A stretch of 63,905 nt of DNA, counting the filler, from Octopus bimaculoides (lineage: Eukaryota): NCBI RefSeq assembly GCF_001194135.2. It is 7 parts of 7 records of this genome, joined end to end, with 100 filler letters (N's around TTAATTAATTAA, not from the genome) between each part and the next. Parts side by side here need not be neighbours in the genome. Positions count along the whole stretch, not along the records: positions 50,579 to 63,905 come from NC_068983.1; 6 more parts are not named here. One strand, given 5' to 3'. The number at the start of each line of letters is the position of its first letter. The stretch's first letter is position 1. The notes under the pieces are model-generated. The model made no database searches, was not told the origin of the DNA, and was given only the letters and a program-made list of their open reading frames with translations. The position numbers were made by a program, and so were the translations under genes. This document shows, piece by piece, positions 61,800 to 63,905 of this stretch.

Positions 61800-63905
61800 T
61801 GACTAGTGAATGGGGTGAATGAGTGCATATCTGATCGTATGTGATTGTGTGCATTTATAATTGCGTGCATCCATTTACGTTTGTAGCTTAACCATGTGCA
61901 GGTTTGTTTAGTTCATATGTACCATTTGATAGATGATATATACAAATTGCACACTTTAGCGGACGTAAAATATAACAGTAAAATATGAACATACATTGTA
62001 CCTGTCACTCAAGTACTGCTTACTTACTGCATTGTATTTACTCGATACTGCTTATAGGCAAAATGCCTGAAATCTTTGGGGAAGTGGCTAGTCAATTACA
62101 ACGATGCCACTGCTCAACTGGCACTTATTCTATTACACCTGAAAGGACAAAGACAGTCAACCTCGTTGTAATCTGAACTCAGGACATAAAGACTTGCGAA
62201 ATGCCATTAAGTATTTTATCTGGCGTGCTTACCATCCAGCCAGCTCACCGCTTTTCTCCGTTATGTATAATGAAATGTGTGACTCTGGGGCGATCCATTT
62301 ATATAAGTGTAAAAATAATTCCTGTTATTTTGTGAAGGAGAAATAACAGTTTTCTCTTCATTAGTCTCGCATTTTTTATTTTCACCTTGAATCAGAACTG
62401 AATTTCTAAGATTTCAAAGAAGTACTTACCCTTTTTGATACAGAAATGTCATCTATTAGTTTATAACATCTGAACTCCAATTCGTATGCTGAAAGATTGC
62501 ATTGCCGCCATTTGCCATCCAATATAATAAACAGAGTTTGACAGATGTTTAAAAACTTTCATTTAGAAAAGTAACTTCCTATATGAAACAACATGCTCAC
62601 TTTTAGGTGCTCGCAACACCCCTTACATGCCACAATCAGATTACTCGTTGAGAATACAGTAAACCTTATATAGACTCGCTACGGAAGCATAGTCTTCCTA
62701 AAATGAACCTGGCTATGACAGAAATATCTTTTCTCATCAGTTTATTGTAGGTAAACACGCTTATAGATAAACTTGTAGTTAAACTTGTTTATAAGAGAAA
62801 AGGAAACTGAAATGAATATATATATGTGTCTATTATTCTATACTTTTATGTATAATATGTGACAATTATTCAGTAGCCATGATAAAAATTCCGAGTTTTG
62901 GATGTCGGGGCGGAAATCCACGCCGACATCTCTTCAGTTATCTGACCATCGAACAAATGCATTTTTTTTTTACAGATACCTTCCTCTATTTACATATCGA
63001 GGTCTCTTTCTTTCTTTTGTTGTCTTACCTTTTCTATCAATAAATATAGACATATATATATTTACATATATATATTAATACATACACACACACNNNNNNN
63101 NNNNNNNNNNNNNNNNNNNNNNNNNNNNNNNNNNNNNNNNNNNNNNNNNNNNNNNNNNNNNNNNNNNNNNNNNNNNNNNNNNNNNNNNNNNNNNNNNNNN
63201 NNNNNNNNNNNNNNNNNNNNNNNNNNNNNNNNNNNNNNNNNNNNNNNNNNNNNNNNNNNNNNNNNNNNNNNNNNNNNNNNNNNNNNNNNNNNNNNNNATA
63301 TATATATATATATATATATATGCATACACATAAACACACAGACACACACACACACGCACAGACATACATACACACGTGTTTATGTTTGAGTTTTTGTCAG
63401 TACGCCGTTTCACAATCGGCGTTTTCGTTTGCGTTACTTAGTGTTACGATAAAAAAAGAAAATTTTAAAAAAGACTGAAAGAATAAGCAGCGGATGAAAA
63501 ACGAAAAGAATTAGTGTACGATGTCTGGTGCTTCAGTAAAGACGCAATCCAACGACAGATAAAAGATAAAAAATCCAATTTACGAAAGACAACGGAAACA
63601 ACTGAATTATTTGTTTATTATGCCAGTACAAATATTGCATACAGTGAGTCGTTGAAAATATGAAAACAAACAATATATAATTTATTTGTATTTATTTCAA
63701 TGTCAAAATAGAAATAATCTGATATTCGTGTCAGGCATCCAGGTCAGTTTAAACGCATATAACAGCACAAAATGTATACGGGTAATTACATATAGATTCA
63801 TAAAATTGAACATGATGTTGCAAATAACATATGTATATATGTATCTATGTATGCATATATGTATATCTATTTATCTATTTATCTAACTATCTATCTATGT
63901 GTGTA

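Overview
This is repeat-dense, AT-rich eukaryotic DNA, most likely from an octopus (coleoid cephalopod). That inference rests on the tRNA-derived SINE families, the RTE and R4/Dong-type LINE remnants, the very dense microsatellites and a 'HCDICGKSFS'-type C2H2 zinc-finger remnant. Six identical 100-bp linkers (N44-TTAATTAATTAA-N44) split the window into seven pieces whose adjacency is not proven. Only one protein-coding gene is well supported: an Nse4/NSMCE4A-EID3 family SMC5/6 kleisin at 46325/46418-47473 (+), with no intron in its coding region. The rest is a decayed C2H2-ZNF exon, a decayed gag-PR-RT-RH-INT LTR retrotransposon, several RTE and R4/Dong LINE remnants, an L1/Tx1-like ORF1 remnant, a Tc1 fragment, three SINE families, palindromic MITE-like elements and simple repeats. 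Nearly all ORF-track entries are microsatellite or N-gap artefacts. I cannot demonstrate a new biological system from the sequence alone. The best leads are: (1) the single-coding-exon (possibly retroposed) Nse4 in a CpG-retaining island; (2) a methylation 'map' readable from CpG decay of SINE copies; (3) two neighbouring retroelements that have each lost the RT YxDD motif through small in-frame deletions; (4) (TAA)n-targeted nesting of elements; (5) several unannotated candidate exons, including microexons. All family names come from motif recognition, not database searches, and repeat boundaries are approximate.
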